A stretch of 63,791 nucleotides of DNA, counting the filler, from Octopus bimaculoides (taxonomy: Eukaryota): assembly GCF_001194135.2 (NCBI RefSeq). It is 5 parts of 5 records of this genome, joined end to end, with 100 filler letters (N's around TTAATTAATTAA, not from the genome) between each part and the next. Parts side by side here need not be neighbours in the genome. Positions count along the whole stretch, not along the records: positions 1 to 20,512 come from NC_068997.1; 4 more parts are not named here. One strand, given 5' to 3'. Below the pieces are notes generated by a model. It did no database searches, was not told the origin of the DNA, and saw only the letters and a list, made by a program, of their open reading frames with translations. Position numbers and translations under genes: made by a program. Shown in pieces: positions 1 to 13,452 of this stretch (positions within the stretch are counted from its first letter, which is position 1; every line of letters starts with the position of its first letter).

Positions 1-702
1 GGTGTAAAATTTAAGGATATTAAGTATATTAAGCATATAGTGATCATGAACACTATTTTGAATTATCTTTAAAAAAAACTTATTAGCTGACGATAATGAT
101 ACTATTTAGGAGACACATAGGTAAGCCTTATTTATATAATGTGAATAAAAGATAAAAATTATTATCGGATTTATATTAGTTTATAATAATGTGTATATAT
201 ATATATATATATATATCAGTCTAGTGCTTTCATCCAATCCAGTAGGAACTTATGAAGACCGAATCTTATATCTGTCAGGCTATATTATTGTTTCGTTAAG
301 TAGATTTATTTAGTTTTCAAGAACACTTTGTTTCTCTAATGAAATATCACTTCATTTCTTTACATTTAAAAATGCGAAACGAGAGCTATAAATAACAAGA
401 TGAACATCAAACAGAAACGTTACGACCAGTTGATTTCCACATGAGATCGATGCTGCCGAGTCCACTACCTCCAACACAATACTTGAATCACATTAGGGAT
501 TTATGCGTTAAGCTTCTATAACCAAAGATCCCAATTTGCGTATGAGGCGACGAACATTCTCTAAGATCTCATAAAATGGTCCCAAAGAGAACCATCATAA
601 AAATATTTTAGGTAACAAGTTTTTATAACTTTATTACAAACGAAATAAATTTATGACTTGACAAGTCCCAATGAGATAAGATGAGAAGGCTAGATTTCTG
701 TA

Positions 703-770
<68 letters not shown>

Positions 771-1627
771 GTCTATTATGGAAATTCTCGAAAACGAAAT
801 TTTATTTTCGTTTTCTTTTTTTGCCTCTCTTTTTTTCCTCTTTCAGAAATATATTTATTCTATAGAGCATCGGGAAACTTTCTTCCTATGTACACATCTG
901 TGTGTATAGTTTTTATTCATATTTATATGTATGAACATGTGTGTGTGTGTGAATGTGCATGTGTGCGCGCGCGTGTGTATACATGAGCGGTATATACATA
1001 CATGCGCAAGCACATGTATATATGTACTCGCATAAATATACACAAACACATATATATGAATAAAAAGTATGTATATACATATGTGTGCGTGTGTGTGTGT
1101 TTGTGTTCGAATGCATTCATATTACCTGGCACTCATGATCAGTCATTTTCTCCATGTAAATTTACCATTTTTATATATTGAAGATATGTGCAAATACATT
1201 ATATCTCTATACCAAATGTTATACAGTTTAAATAATTTTTCCCAATTAGAATACGATATCCCTATCTGTTTACTTATATGCGAGTGAGTTTCTCTGTGTG
1301 CGTGTATGTGTATGTATGCATACACAAGCACATATGCGTACATAAGTATATATATATATATATNNNNNNNNNNNNNNNNNNNNNNNNNNNNNNNNNNNNN
1401 NNNNNNNNNNNNNNNNNNNNNNNNNNNNNNNNNNNNNNNNNNNNNNNNNNNNNNNNNNNNNNTTAATATGTTGCCACATTTGTAATATGTCTTTTTTTCT
1501 ACATTTTTTCGTGCAGCTGAAGATTGCTCTTCATATTGCATTTAAGGTAATGCTCACATTACTTAAATAAATTGAAGTAGCATGAAACGTGCGTACTGCA
1601 ATCACTTTTGAAATCCGTGTTGCTTAT

Positions 1628-1658
<31 letters not shown>

Positions 1659-2449
1659 GTGTAAGTGCCTGTGGAATGTAAAGGTCTTTGGAGTTTTCTA
1701 TCAAGGACCTATGGCAATCTGAGCGTGAACATTTCTCTTTTTAATTCATTGACCAGTTAAACTAATTTTGATACGACTTTTAAGTATTTAGTTGCTTTTT
1801 CAGTAAGCGGACATATAAATATCCAAGTTGTGAAGAAGCTACGTCTACGAAATGAAAATAATTGAACTAAGATTTAGCGTCAGATTAAAAGTAGTGGAAG
1901 TTAAATGTAGATCAACGTTGAAAGAGTCTATTATTTGCCGCTACATAAGGCGGCCAAAATTTTAGGTCTATATAGTCTAAGGTGATACATCAGCAGAAAG
2001 TCGTGCATAACAACCGGAGTTTAGAGAATGAAAAATAAAAATCTAAGAGACAATTCCATTACAAGAATATTGTGCGAGGAATATCGTGAAAATACAATTA
2101 GTTGTAATTACATTAATTGGAAAAGGACGGTGAAAAACAGGGAAAAATGTCTAACTATTCGATGTCACACTGAATGAGCTAAATTTCTAAACGATTTATT
2201 AGTAAGAAGCAATGAATGTAAAAGGAAGGTTGACTGAATGTGTCCGCGCTACGGAATTCAAATATAATATCAAAGATTATAATTTGAATGAAAATCCATA
2301 ACGTTTTAATACAAAGCCTGCGATTAAATTTGACTTTTGATCTTTTGAATTGCAAAAAGTATAATTAATAAGATCGACTTTGTGTTAGACGGGTTATACT
2401 GGGGAAATTAATCTTCACTGATATACTATTGTACTTTGTATCTCGCTTC

Positions 2450-3600
2450 GTATTTCACTTTCGTTTACGATGTCAACTTTTCTTCTATTGATGCACTTCT
2501 TATTTAATGCTATTCATGACATTTAACATCTAAACATCAATTCCATATACGTTATTTCGCTTGCGTTTTTCTCATTCTTTTCTTAAGTGAATAAAGTCTG
2601 CTTCTTAATTATTATGTCCTTTGTTAAATCATTAATTCTCAATGGTTCAATTTTATATCCTTTCAGCCATCACTTTGCTGTTGAAATTTCTTTTCATATT
2701 CTTATCCATTTTCCTCTGTTACAACTTTTTGGTTTGGTATATTACAACTTTATTATATTTCGTGAGTTAATTTACATCATTCTGCCTTCTCTTTGTGAGA
2801 TAATGCAACTTTTTCTCACCATCTTCCATAAAATATATTACAATATAGACTGATTTCTTTATTTATTTCACTACGCCATATCACTTTATTATTGCTATCA
2901 TCTAAAATTCCATTTTTATACTTTCTAATATGCACCATTAATTTTGTGGAACTCATTTACTTCTACGATTATATTCTCCCAATTTTGCTGGCAGGTTTCT
3001 GTATTTGGAAAGTAATACGTTGCATCTTGCTCCATCGTTTCCTTATTTATTATATACCGGAATTTAATTATTTAACGTTGCTATAATTGCAATATAGAAT
3101 AAGCTAGCTTTCTAACGACTTCCTTTACTAAGCCGAACACCTCTGAAATATGCAAGATTAACCTAGTTATCTACTTTCTATTCACTTCCTTAATAGTTAT
3201 TATAAACCCTTTTAGTAGTTGTATGTCAAACTGGAATTAGTTATCAACCAATAATTAGACTACATTATTTTAATTACTATCTAGTATATTCTATAAATCA
3301 TTTTCTAATAATTATTCAAGTGCATCTACCTGAAAAATTAGATATTTGATTTTACTCTTAATACTTGGGTTTGATCTTAGTTCATCGCATTCATTTACTT
3401 CTTATAACTACAAACCTACGTTCCTATGATTAATTGTCCTTGAATGGTTAAGCAGAGATATTTTGATTGGCTCTATGTCTATATCTTGCGAAATCAAAAT
3501 GAGACAAAATGGCTGTGTAGCTACTTTGTTGAACAATGTATATCTGCCTAGAATAGCAAGTGTAACATAAGTTTATATATTCTTGCAAGTTTAATCGATA
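2450..3600 (-). mobile_element. Highly degenerate non-LTR retrotransposon reverse-transcriptase remnant
   Basis: Minus-strand translation near 3085-3150 gives FRGVR(LSK)GSR*KASLFYIAI, which aligns to the RT motif GVRQGxPLSPxLFNIxI if a 6-bp insertion is allowed. Many stops; ends approximate. Confidence 0.4.
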
Positions 3601-4791
3601 CATTTAATTTAATTAATGTCAATGTGCAAAAACTATTGTTGGTAAGCAATTATATATTAAAAGGTTTAACTTATTATAATTACTCCCCAGTGATTTCAAT
3701 GTTTTTAATTCCCATTATTTACATTTAAATTTTCCTGTTTCTTTTTTCTTTTACATACCATTAATTTTGTCTAGTTAATTCTATTAGTATATTTTTACCT
3801 ACTACTACATAACTACTTTGATTTCGGCTCATTATTTGCTGTCCATTGGAGTGTAAGATCTTGCAGTATTTTCCTCTTCTTTTTATTTAATTAATTTGTA
3901 TATCACCTCAGACTGAATTCAACTCTTTAACCCCGCTTTCTACTATAGCTACTAACAAAGTCTTGATTTGTTACGACTGATTACCCTAATCAGTTTTGTT
4001 TATTACATTTTCTTTATATTTAACACAAGCACACATGTATGCACAGACAATAGTGACTGCGTAAAACCGTTTCTGATTTTTCTTCAAATTAAAATCTTTG
4101 ATATTACATTTTAATCCCGTAAGGCAAACACTTTGTATCCCTCCCAGATTCATTGTTTCCTGCGACACATTTCTTTCCAATTTAACGTATCTAGTGGGTC
4201 TTTGGAATAATTAGCGTTTTTCACTTCTCATTAGGCCTCTTCTAATAGTCAGTTGCGTATTTTGATTATGGCCAGAGGTATAATTACGTTACTCCCAACA
4301 TAATTAGCTTTTACTTCTAATTATCTAAATCCCACTGGTATGCGTGGTTTCTTCCTCATGCATACCGTAAGCTATTAAATGTATATCAAAAGTTCAGTCT
4401 CTTGTGCCGTGGAAAATATAGGAATCTTTTAGCATATATCTTCCAGCTAATTCTATCTGACGCTAAATATTACTTCTATAATTTTCATTTCCTAAACAGA
4501 GCTTCTCTACAAAATTATCTGAAGGGGATATCTGTTTTCTATTCGAGTTTAGATTGAGTACAGTTCCTATCCAAAATGGTTTAACACTGATCAATGTTCA
4601 ATATCTTCCATCCATAACTGAAACATTATTCTACACTGTTCATGATCTGAACATGTATAATTCACATATAGAAATTGTTCTTTTTAAAATTTTCGTTACA
4701 CTATACTATATTTGATTTGCTTCTGCTCAGTCGATATTCTCTGAAACTGATACCCTTAAATATGTTTTGTTACCTCTCTTTGGTTTGGTCT

Positions 4792-4857
<66 letters not shown>

Positions 4858-4870
4858 AGGTAGTAGTAGT
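4792..4870 (+). repeat. (TAG)n microsatellite
   Basis: Direct reading of a near-perfect TAG run. Confidence 0.95.
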
Positions 4871-4920
4871 TGTATCATTAGTATTATCAATTTTTTTAGC
4901 GAATAATTAGTAACGAACTA

Positions 4921-5976
4921 ATGAATATATCAGTTAATGGATAGATAACGAATTAATATAAAATTATATAAGTGATAATTTTCCTAAGGTAAGAATTATT
5001 GAATAGATACATGATAATGCGATTAAAAGATTAAATTAGGATTTTTTTAAATATTTTTAATGCTTAAGAAAAAAGACTATCTAACAAATCAGAGCAATTA
5101 TAGTAAAAAAATGAGTTATGTGAATGTTATTATTTATAGAAAATAATTGAACCTTATATCAGAAATAGCTACATGTATTATTAAATTGATATAAAAAGCT
5201 AATTTATCATTGTGCAATTAAATAGCAAAAACAAACAAATATATCAGAAATAACACTCACTAATTTAATTATTATTGAGAATCAGACAAGTAATTTGAAA
5301 GCAAATTACAGATATAATAACAGTAATTATAATCAATAATATGTTTTGCAGTTGTATAATGAATTATGTGAAGACGGGAACGGGAAGAACAGTAAGAAAT
5401 TTTTAAAACATCAAGGACTTGACGGATTTTTTATAGTACTATGAATAATTAAGAGACAATTATCATAATTACGAATAAATGTATTGTGTAGATTAATTTG
5501 TAGTATTTGAGAAAGCAAAAAGGTTAGATATGAAATAAGAAAACTGCAAGTTTCAACAGTGTAAATGTCTACGGTTTGGTAGAACATACGCAGAGACTTG
5601 TACATGATAGCTGTGGATTAGAAATGAAGTCTTGAGCATAAGGCAAACTAGACTGGCATATTAATACTCTTGATTATTCGAGAGAATAGATGGAGAGGTT
5701 AGAACAGGAGAACGTAGTTTATAGAAGATGATTACAGCGTAAGAAAAGTAGATAATGGATTGAGATTTATACATAATAAAGAGTACACTAGGACTCTATT
5801 CTTTAGTGAATAATTAATAATGAACCACTTAATCAGAAAACACGCTTTATGATTAATTTCAAGTTAATGAACATATCAGTTAATGGATAGATAACGAATT
5901 AATATAAAATTATACATGTGATAATTTTTCTCAGGTAAAAAGTATTGAATAGATGCATCATAACGCGATTAAAAGA
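4921..5976 (+). repeat. Pair of ~110-bp direct repeats (4921-5030 and 5867-5976)
   Basis: Both read ATGAAxATATCAGTTAATGGATAGATAACGAATTAATATAAAATTATA...GCGATTAAAAGA with scattered substitutions. A partial third copy lies near 6270-6306. Confidence 0.9.
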
Positions 5977-6612
5977 GCGGTTAATAAGCCTGAAGGATTC
6001 TTACATGATAAACCTCTTCCACCTGCCCGATGAAATGCTTTTAGGACACTTATTCAGAAGAAGGTACCTTCGCAAAGATTATTTACCACGTACTAAAATC
6101 ACCTTGGAACTTATTCAGAACTAACTCCAAAATGTCTAGTAATAGTAGAAGTAGTAGTAGTAAATGAATAATTTACAATCAGACATTAAATAAGAAAGCA
6201 TTCGTTATTATTTTCAGTTAATTAAAAACGTAGTTATGAGGCAAGTTGATATCAAATTCAATTTACTCAGTGATAATTTTCCTGAGATATAACTTTTAGA
6301 ATAAATATAACTCATAAAATAGTCAGCCAATGTACATAGGTTGCATTATTAACTGAACTCTGAATATGGCCTTGCTCTTTTCAGAATTTAGATTAAAGAG
6401 CATAGATTAAGTTTTCATATTCTAAATGTACGAAGGTAATAATATCTGATTAGACAGTTTCTGAATGTGCAGCAATGGAAGTCTTATTTGAGTTTGAATA
6501 GATTTGATATCATTTCAATGGAATATTTTTTTAGATGTAATCCGTTTTTAGGATAAATTTATCAACAATGACGTAATTGAAATATTGGACATCAACAATG
6601 TATGAATGAGAG

Positions 6613-6666
6613 TTAACGTAGTTACATTTCTTAATGTAGTTACATTTCTTAATGTAGTTACATTTC
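6613..6666 (+). repeat. 18-bp minisatellite x3 (TTAATGTAGTTACATTTC)
   Basis: Three consecutive units with one substitution. Confidence 0.9.
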
Positions 6667-6849
6667 AAACACCTGTACATCAGGTGTTTGTTTAGTTTAC
6701 AGATATTTTACTTGGTTATAATTGTTTTTTCTAATATTTGAAACCATCTATGCTGCATAGATTTTGGCGTTTTATTGCGATTTCTATATTTGCTATCTCA
6801 CCCTTGAAACCATTTCGAGATGAGACATCATTGTAGTATAGAAATCAGT

Positions 6850-7700
6850 CATTAAAATAGTACTCATTAGCGGGTTAATTATGAGAGCGTAAGAATTGTG
6901 CATTTAACAATGTTCCTAAATATCTTCTTAGCGTAGTTTGAATGAAATGTGCATTCTGAATTTGTGGAAAGAAGAGCGTAAAATTGTTTAGGATCATGGC
7001 TATATCTTAGGCGTTTATAGTTGGTATAGTGGGATCTACGGAGATACGCAAGCCAAGGTTCTTAAAGATTTCAAATCTTTACTAGATTTGTCTATTGTTT
7101 GTGAGTTACAGAGAGGTAGTTTCAACAGCCCTCGGTAAAATCAAACATCAAAATATGCATAATGAATCCTAAGATGGCGTATTATGAAATGCTTCTCGCC
7201 AAATCGTTTGTGCCACGCTTACAATGATATTGTTGAAATTTATTCAGTTAGAGATCTTTGTTAATTTAGATAAGCTTACTTCCCATAGTATAACACTGGT
7301 GTGTGCAGTGGAAGTAATTGCGATTGTTGTAGCAACGGTGGAGGCTTTGCTAATTAACAGCTTGGTAATTCAAACGTTGTAGCTATCATTATCAAGCTAT
7401 AGGAGTTGAGTGGTAATTTTATTCAAAACTATATGCTTAAAGCCTGCTGCTTTAATAACAAGGATGTTCCACCTTAAAGGTGATACATCTGGATTTTTAG
7501 TTATCCTCTAGAAAATTCTCAAATACATAATAACGGTATCCGATTTAGTGGGTTTTGTGAACATATCTCTATTCACTAGTATACCAGCATCTCATATTTA
7601 TAATTTCTTTCTCTTCCTATTTTCCTTTATTGATCCTTTTCTTCTTTCCTTTCTACTATTCGGAAACCTCTATTAACTATATTGATTATAGTTTTTGATA
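6850..7700 (-). mobile_element. Possible degenerate APE-type endonuclease remnant of a LINE
   Basis: Minus-strand fragments EVSE**KG and AGILVNRD occur in the order expected for an APE domain (GxSETRW, GVGILV). Very decayed. Confidence 0.3.
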
Positions 7701-8429
7701 CTGTTGTTATTTTTCCAGATTTATTCTTCTAATAATTAATATTGACACAGTGAGCGCTATTCCTGCTTTATTTGTTTAATTAATTGTTTTCCTGACTTAT
7801 TTGCAATAAATGAATTTCTATTTATTCATCAACTTAAAAACGCATCGATCAATATTTTCTTTGTTCAAAAGGTTCAATAATTTTTGCCTCATAAGGTTGA
7901 TTTTCTATTATTATTTATTTTGGATGCGCTGATTTTTTTTATATTTCTTTATAATTATTTAAGTATTAATAATTTAATTAATCGTTTCATGTTTAAATCA
8001 CTTCATGTTTTAAGGGTTTATTTGTTTTAGATAACAATCAATTTACGAAAATTATCCTGAATTTAATTGTATAATAATTAATAATTTATGCATTAACTTC
8101 ACTTACCAAGGTTACTCCTTGTTTAATGGTTCAATGTTAATTAATTTGTAGAAGGTAATAATTCTGTAAAAAGTAATGTGACTTGATTGCATATGTTTAT
8201 ATATTTATTTTTTCGTTATCATTTAATTGCCTTGTTATTCCCCCTTGCTTCTTTATTTACATAACAACCCACCAAGTTTAACCGCTACGTCTCGAACAAT
8301 ATACTTTTCTCTCTCCTTTTTTAATCTTAAAAACTGTTCTTCTTATTTCATTATCTTATTAGATCACTTTATATCCCCCACCCACCCATTAATTCCTTCT
8401 TTTTCTCTACATAGCGCCCAGTGACTTTT

Positions 8430-9051
8430 CAACCATTAAACGAGGAGTAACTCTAGAAAATATTATGTTTCAAGTACTACTGTAAACTACAGCTTGTAGA
8501 CAATTGTAATGCAAATATTCTGGTAAAATGCTCACTGTAAAATAGTATAAAATGTAAATATTTTTGAAAATACAAATCTTTATCGCATTATAGAACGTTG
8601 CTTTATGATATCTCCCAGAATCTGTCACAGGAATGTTAATGACTTGCACGATCTCATTTGCAACAGCACACATACCTGCTAAACGTTGCAAGGTATATTT
8701 TTCTGCTTTCATTACAACATACATTATGAAAAGCTGTGTGAATATTTTGTATTTTTTTTTTGCATATCCCTGAGCAAAAATATCTGGTTCCTACGATCAT
8801 ATTAATCACCGAAAACCTATTTCTTCTTCCCTTTAATCACTATTAACTGAAATATGTCATGTATTCAGAGTAACCAAAACTTAGCGCATTCAATTCATCC
8901 TGTTTGGGATTCTACATTTTCATATACCCAGGTTCTGAGATTACCTGTTTTTTTTTCTGTATTCGAGTAACTACATTAATCTTCCAGCTTTCAAATATCT
9001 TTTCAATATTCTATATATTATGAAGCATTTCCAATAATGGTCTACTAGTCA

Positions 9052-9087
<36 letters not shown>

Positions 9088-9960
9088 NNNNNNNNNNNNN
9101 NNNNNNNNNNNNNNNNNNNNNNNNNNNNNNNNNNNNNNNNNNNNNNNNNNNNNNNNNNNNNNNNNNNNNNNNNNNNNNNNNNNNNNNNNNNNNNNNNNNN
9201 TATATATCTTTTTATAATTTTTGCCCGCAACTACATCCAATCCAGGAGCCTTTCTATTTTTTTTAATGTTCAATAACTATTGCCATTTCTTGAACCGATA
9301 TATTATGCACATCCTCGTACAGCTTCTCTAGTGCTTTTTGAATTATCAGAGCAACTCTTCCAGTAAACACCCACTTCAGGCTTGTATTAAAATGTTGTTT
9401 CTATCATTATTGGATATTTGCATCTGATTTTATTAGTTCCTCGTCAATAATAAACACAGGTAGTCTTTTTGATCGTTTTCCTTTGCCTGTAATCTCATTT
9501 ATTATTTCATAAGTTTTTCTGAATCTTTTACTGTCTCCTACATTGATTAATGTATCTGTTTCATCGGTTTTTACTTCCAAGAATCTTCCTATATCACTTC
9601 GGGAACACCTTTTCATCTTTGTGTTGAGGTTCCAATATTTGGTTATTTCCGTTTTAAGATCCATCTTACACCCTCTTCAACTTTCAACAATTTATTTTTG
9701 TTTCTATTGTGCCTCAGTAAAGTCCAAAGTTTCAGCAGGCATCCATTTCTTTCGTTTTATCTTCATTCTGCCCCCAACACATTTGACTGCAATCTGATGA
9801 ATTTCTTTTAAATTCTCCAAGCTCTATTGATTTCTTCATCGTCTTCAATTTTATCTTCAAGCACTACAAGCTGATTTCGATATTCAAATTTCAAATGCAT
9901 CTATCATCCTTTCATCTATCAAATTTTCTGCATCAAATCAGGTAAACCCTTCAGTCATAT
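8430..9960 (-). mobile_element. RTE-clade LINE remnant (linker plus N-terminal RT), interrupted by (AT)n and a gap
   Basis: Minus-strand motifs in correct order: FEYRNQLVVLED, KKWMPAETLDFTE, Q***KQHFNTSLK, KNRKAPGLD, EKIFESWKINVVTRIQKK, GFR, NQIFLLRDMQ. Stops and frameshifts throughout. Confidence 0.8.
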
Positions 9961-9979
9961 CTTTAGCTTCCATTGTAAG

Positions 9980-11430
9980 TGTATTGTTTAGGGTGGCAAC
10001 ATATAAGCAAAAAATATCGTAAATATATCGAAATAAGATTAGTCAATCAGACTGCATTGGTAACCGGAAACATCGGTAGAAAATATTTTAAGTATTCGTC
10101 AATTGCACTGGCAGACACTGAGTACGTGATATGTTTTTCTATTCACATGTCAAATCTTATATTTTCATTAATTCAAAGATCAGCGCAAGGCTCTGTAGAC
10201 AAATCACACTACCATACATTTTTGTAATCTCTCAAAGAAGCATAGTCTTCTTTCACTGCCTAACATTGTCTTGTTTATCCATAGCTGATCTTTACAATTC
10301 ACATGAATCACTTGTGCAATCCTTCTTTTCTTCAAGTAGAATAGTATTTCTGTCAAAGTGCTGTCGATGCTTTTTACTTAATACTGATACTAGAGGCTTG
10401 AGGACTCAGAAAAGCATGTTATTGAATATCCCTGATTTTTTATAGGTTGATATTTTTTCTGACGTCAATAAAACAGACACAGTAATTTATGAAACCCTTG
10501 GGTTAGATGATGGTGTAAGACATGCAAGTGTTTTCGGCCAGAACTTTTATAGTTTTACTTCTTGTGATTTATAATTTCCTCTTTCTCCAATGACTTGACT
10601 GTTACAATGACATTTTCCTATGTGAATTCATACCATTCTTGTGGTGTCATCTGATTTATTATCATGCCTTTTCTCTCTACGTTATTTGTTTATTTCAAAG
10701 AAAATTTTTATCAGACTTTTCTCTTTCAAATACAAATAAAAAAGGATGTAATTTATCTTTACCTGTTCATTCCACTGTTTCTATTGTTTTATTATTTAAT
10801 TGCTTGTTAATAATAACCTTTCAATTCTTCACAATTCAGTTTTCACCTGCAGCATGAATATCTGTTTGGTAATTGCAAGATCATTTTTATCTTGTATTTT
10901 TAAGCTTTCTATTTATCTTTTTTTTTATTATTATTTAGGATGATGTGTCTGTCTGTCTCTGTTTTTAGTCTCGCTCGATCATTTTCTCATTAACGCAGTT
11001 ATAACTACTTAAACTCTGCTCGCTAATTATTTGCAAGGCACAGATAGCTTGTTTGATTACAGCTGTTTTATATCCTGTAAGATATTTTTACCTGTTTGTA
11101 TTCTGTCTTCTGGTTGTACAAACATTTTCTTATATCATCTAACATATTTACTAAATTACTGAATTTATGCTGAGGTTAAAAGTTCTTTCCAAGTATTATT
11201 ACTTGTCAGCCTTATACTTGGTGTCGTAGAATGTGTTTTGCTTTTCATATTATATATCTCTACTATTGTGCTGTATTAATTTACCTTAGTATTATTCCTT
11301 CATTTATCTTCCTCATCTTTGGTTATTCTTTTCATAGTTGTGTTATTTTACTTGTAAGCTTATCTCAACGTTTTGGCTTACAGTAGTCTATTGAGAACAT
11401 CTCATTATTTCTATCTAACCTTTTGCGCTG
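9980..11430 (-). mobile_element. Second, older LINE remnant (RT region; RTE/CR1-like)
   Basis: Minus-strand motifs KQAICALQNN, PQEWYEFT*ENVIVTVK and CVCFIDVRK correspond to the KAPG-proximal helix, PxxW...IVPIxK and CFIDxxKAFD of non-LTR RTs. Confidence 0.65.
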
Positions 11431-11996
11431 TTATGATGTCTGCATAGTGTTACGGTTACTGCATGACAAGGAAATAGTCCCCGATCGAAACCAGTAAGTA
11501 AAACAGACAATTCAGTTATGTATTGAAAAATATGTATTGATAAATTTACAATAATAGCAGTACAGAGTTGTTACAAAATAATTGAGACAATAGCCAAATG
11601 TTGGTCATGGTAAAATAGTCACCAGAGTTATGAGTCCAAGAAATATAAATTGAAAATGTGAGTTCTTGATAAGAGAGGGTTCAATGTGGAAGATGGCCGT
11701 CATATTTCCTTTTTCAAACGCCAGCGTTTTCTGCCTAAATTCATAAATTCTCCGAGCCGATCTAAGCAAAAGGTGAGGTAACACTTTTTATTTTCTTGAG
11801 AATAAATCAATTATTACAATATTATTATTAAGACAAATACATTCTCATAACAATAATCACACTTGGTGAGATTTTTGTGGTTGAGTCTTGTTTGCATCTC
11901 TAAGAATTCTTTAAATATTAAAAAGTGCTTCAAATCTCCAAATCACACAGCAACAAACGCCTCTAGAATACTTGCATTATAATAATAATAATAATG

Positions 11997-12060
<64 letters not shown>

Positions 12061-12062
<2 letters not shown>

Positions 12063-12366
12063 GTTGCTGACGATATGTTCATCTCTAATCACAAGCAGAA
12101 GTAGTCGCAGGAGCATGATAGCCACGTGTTGAGAGGAATTCTTAGGGGTTTGAATAATTCACATTTGGAAACATGGGTGTTTCGTTCAACATCTTTAAAC
12201 AAGCCTTATTCAGATACCTTTTGAGCGGAATGGGCTACTTGACCTGAAGAAAATTCTAACTGGGCCGCACCTGCAAAGTCATGCACTGTTTGACTTGGTA
12301 TGAGAACACCATGTCGTGCACATATGGTTAATATGCATGCGCCTGGTGTACCCTTATCAAACAGAT
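12061..12366 (-). mobile_element. Interspersed repeat family E, copy 1 (class unknown)
   Basis: Reverse-complement match to 35990-36310 (GATAAGGGTACACCAGG...TCAACACxTGGCTAT). Abuts a (TAA)n array. Confidence 0.8.
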
Positions 12367-13380
12367 ACGCGCCGAGTTCAAATGCCACCGAATCTGGCTT
12401 TGTCTTTCACCCTTTTTGTGTCGATAAAGTAAGTTTTATTGAGGCTCTCCTTTCAAATACAAATCATCAAAATGAGATTCGCTTTGGTCTTTTAATTAAA
12501 CAGCAAACATATTCTTTACCTTATTGTATAATAATGTCTTTGTGAGCATCTAATGTTTATTGGATTCTAGCAATGACTAATGACTAATATGCCTGATAAT
12601 TCATACCGAAATTTTCTGGAATAGAATATCACTAAATTTTGTGAGTGTATGTAATATATAACAATCTAACTATATTATCCCCGTCCATAGCGAATATAAT
12701 TGAATTAATTTCACATCGATTAACTGCTATATTCATTTTTTCCCTATGGATTTTAATTATATAGTATTTCTAAACGACACCATATATTCAACATCCCAAT
12801 TGATTTTAATATTTTAATTTCCAGTGGAAAAAACACATACCACGTACGCTAATTATTAATCTAATCACGCTTGAGAGATCATTAGAGTCATAAAATTCCA
12901 CATAAATAATGAAGGATAGTAAAGTTTAGATTGAATCGTCAAAAAGTTTCAAAGAAAATATAAAGAATAGCTTGCAGACAGATTAATAATTTATATATAT
13001 ATATATATATGAATTGGGTTAACTATTTTACAAAATTAGTGACCAGAATGAGTATTTTTGGCAGAAGATTGTCAAAATGAAAAAAAAATAAAGATGAAAT
13101 AGAATTTTGAAGCCTAATAATTTCCAATGTTTATGAAATTAATGAAGGAAAGTATAATTACTTTACTTTGACTTTTAATTCTGTTGTTTGTTTTTCAGCT
13201 TTGTTGTAGCCCTGAGATGAATAGGTCATGGTTTGGAAAGTTATTATAAAAAAGAAAATGTTTTGCTATTATCTTGGAGATTTCAATAAAACGTGCTTAA
13301 AAATTATTGATTACAGCGTGAAACATAAATAGGTTTTCAGCCTGGTTTTCTTTTTAACGTTTTTATTTTCTTCTTTACAG

Positions 13381-13452
13381 GTTTGTTCAGATAAACAAAT
13401 ATAATTTCGCAGACTTGGAAATGACTAAAACGAAATACCTTGGCGTGTATTG
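13381..13452 (+). other. Candidate 72-nt exon or recursive splice site
   Basis: TTTAAC branch-like motif, long U-rich tract, TTTACAG acceptor at 13380 followed directly by GTTTGT. One open frame (xFVQINKYNFADLEMTKTKYLGVYW) ends at a possible TG|GTATAT donor. Confidence 0.3.

Noticed and set aside
681-1541. ORFs with SLSL, CVCV, HTHT and YIYI runs, and similar ORFs across the window
   Set aside because: They are translations of (CT)n, (GT)n, (CA)n and (AT)n microsatellites.
5520-5640. Plus-strand KTASFNSVNVYGL...DSCGLEMK, resembling an APE endonuclease start
   Set aside because: Similarity is too weak and no further motifs follow.
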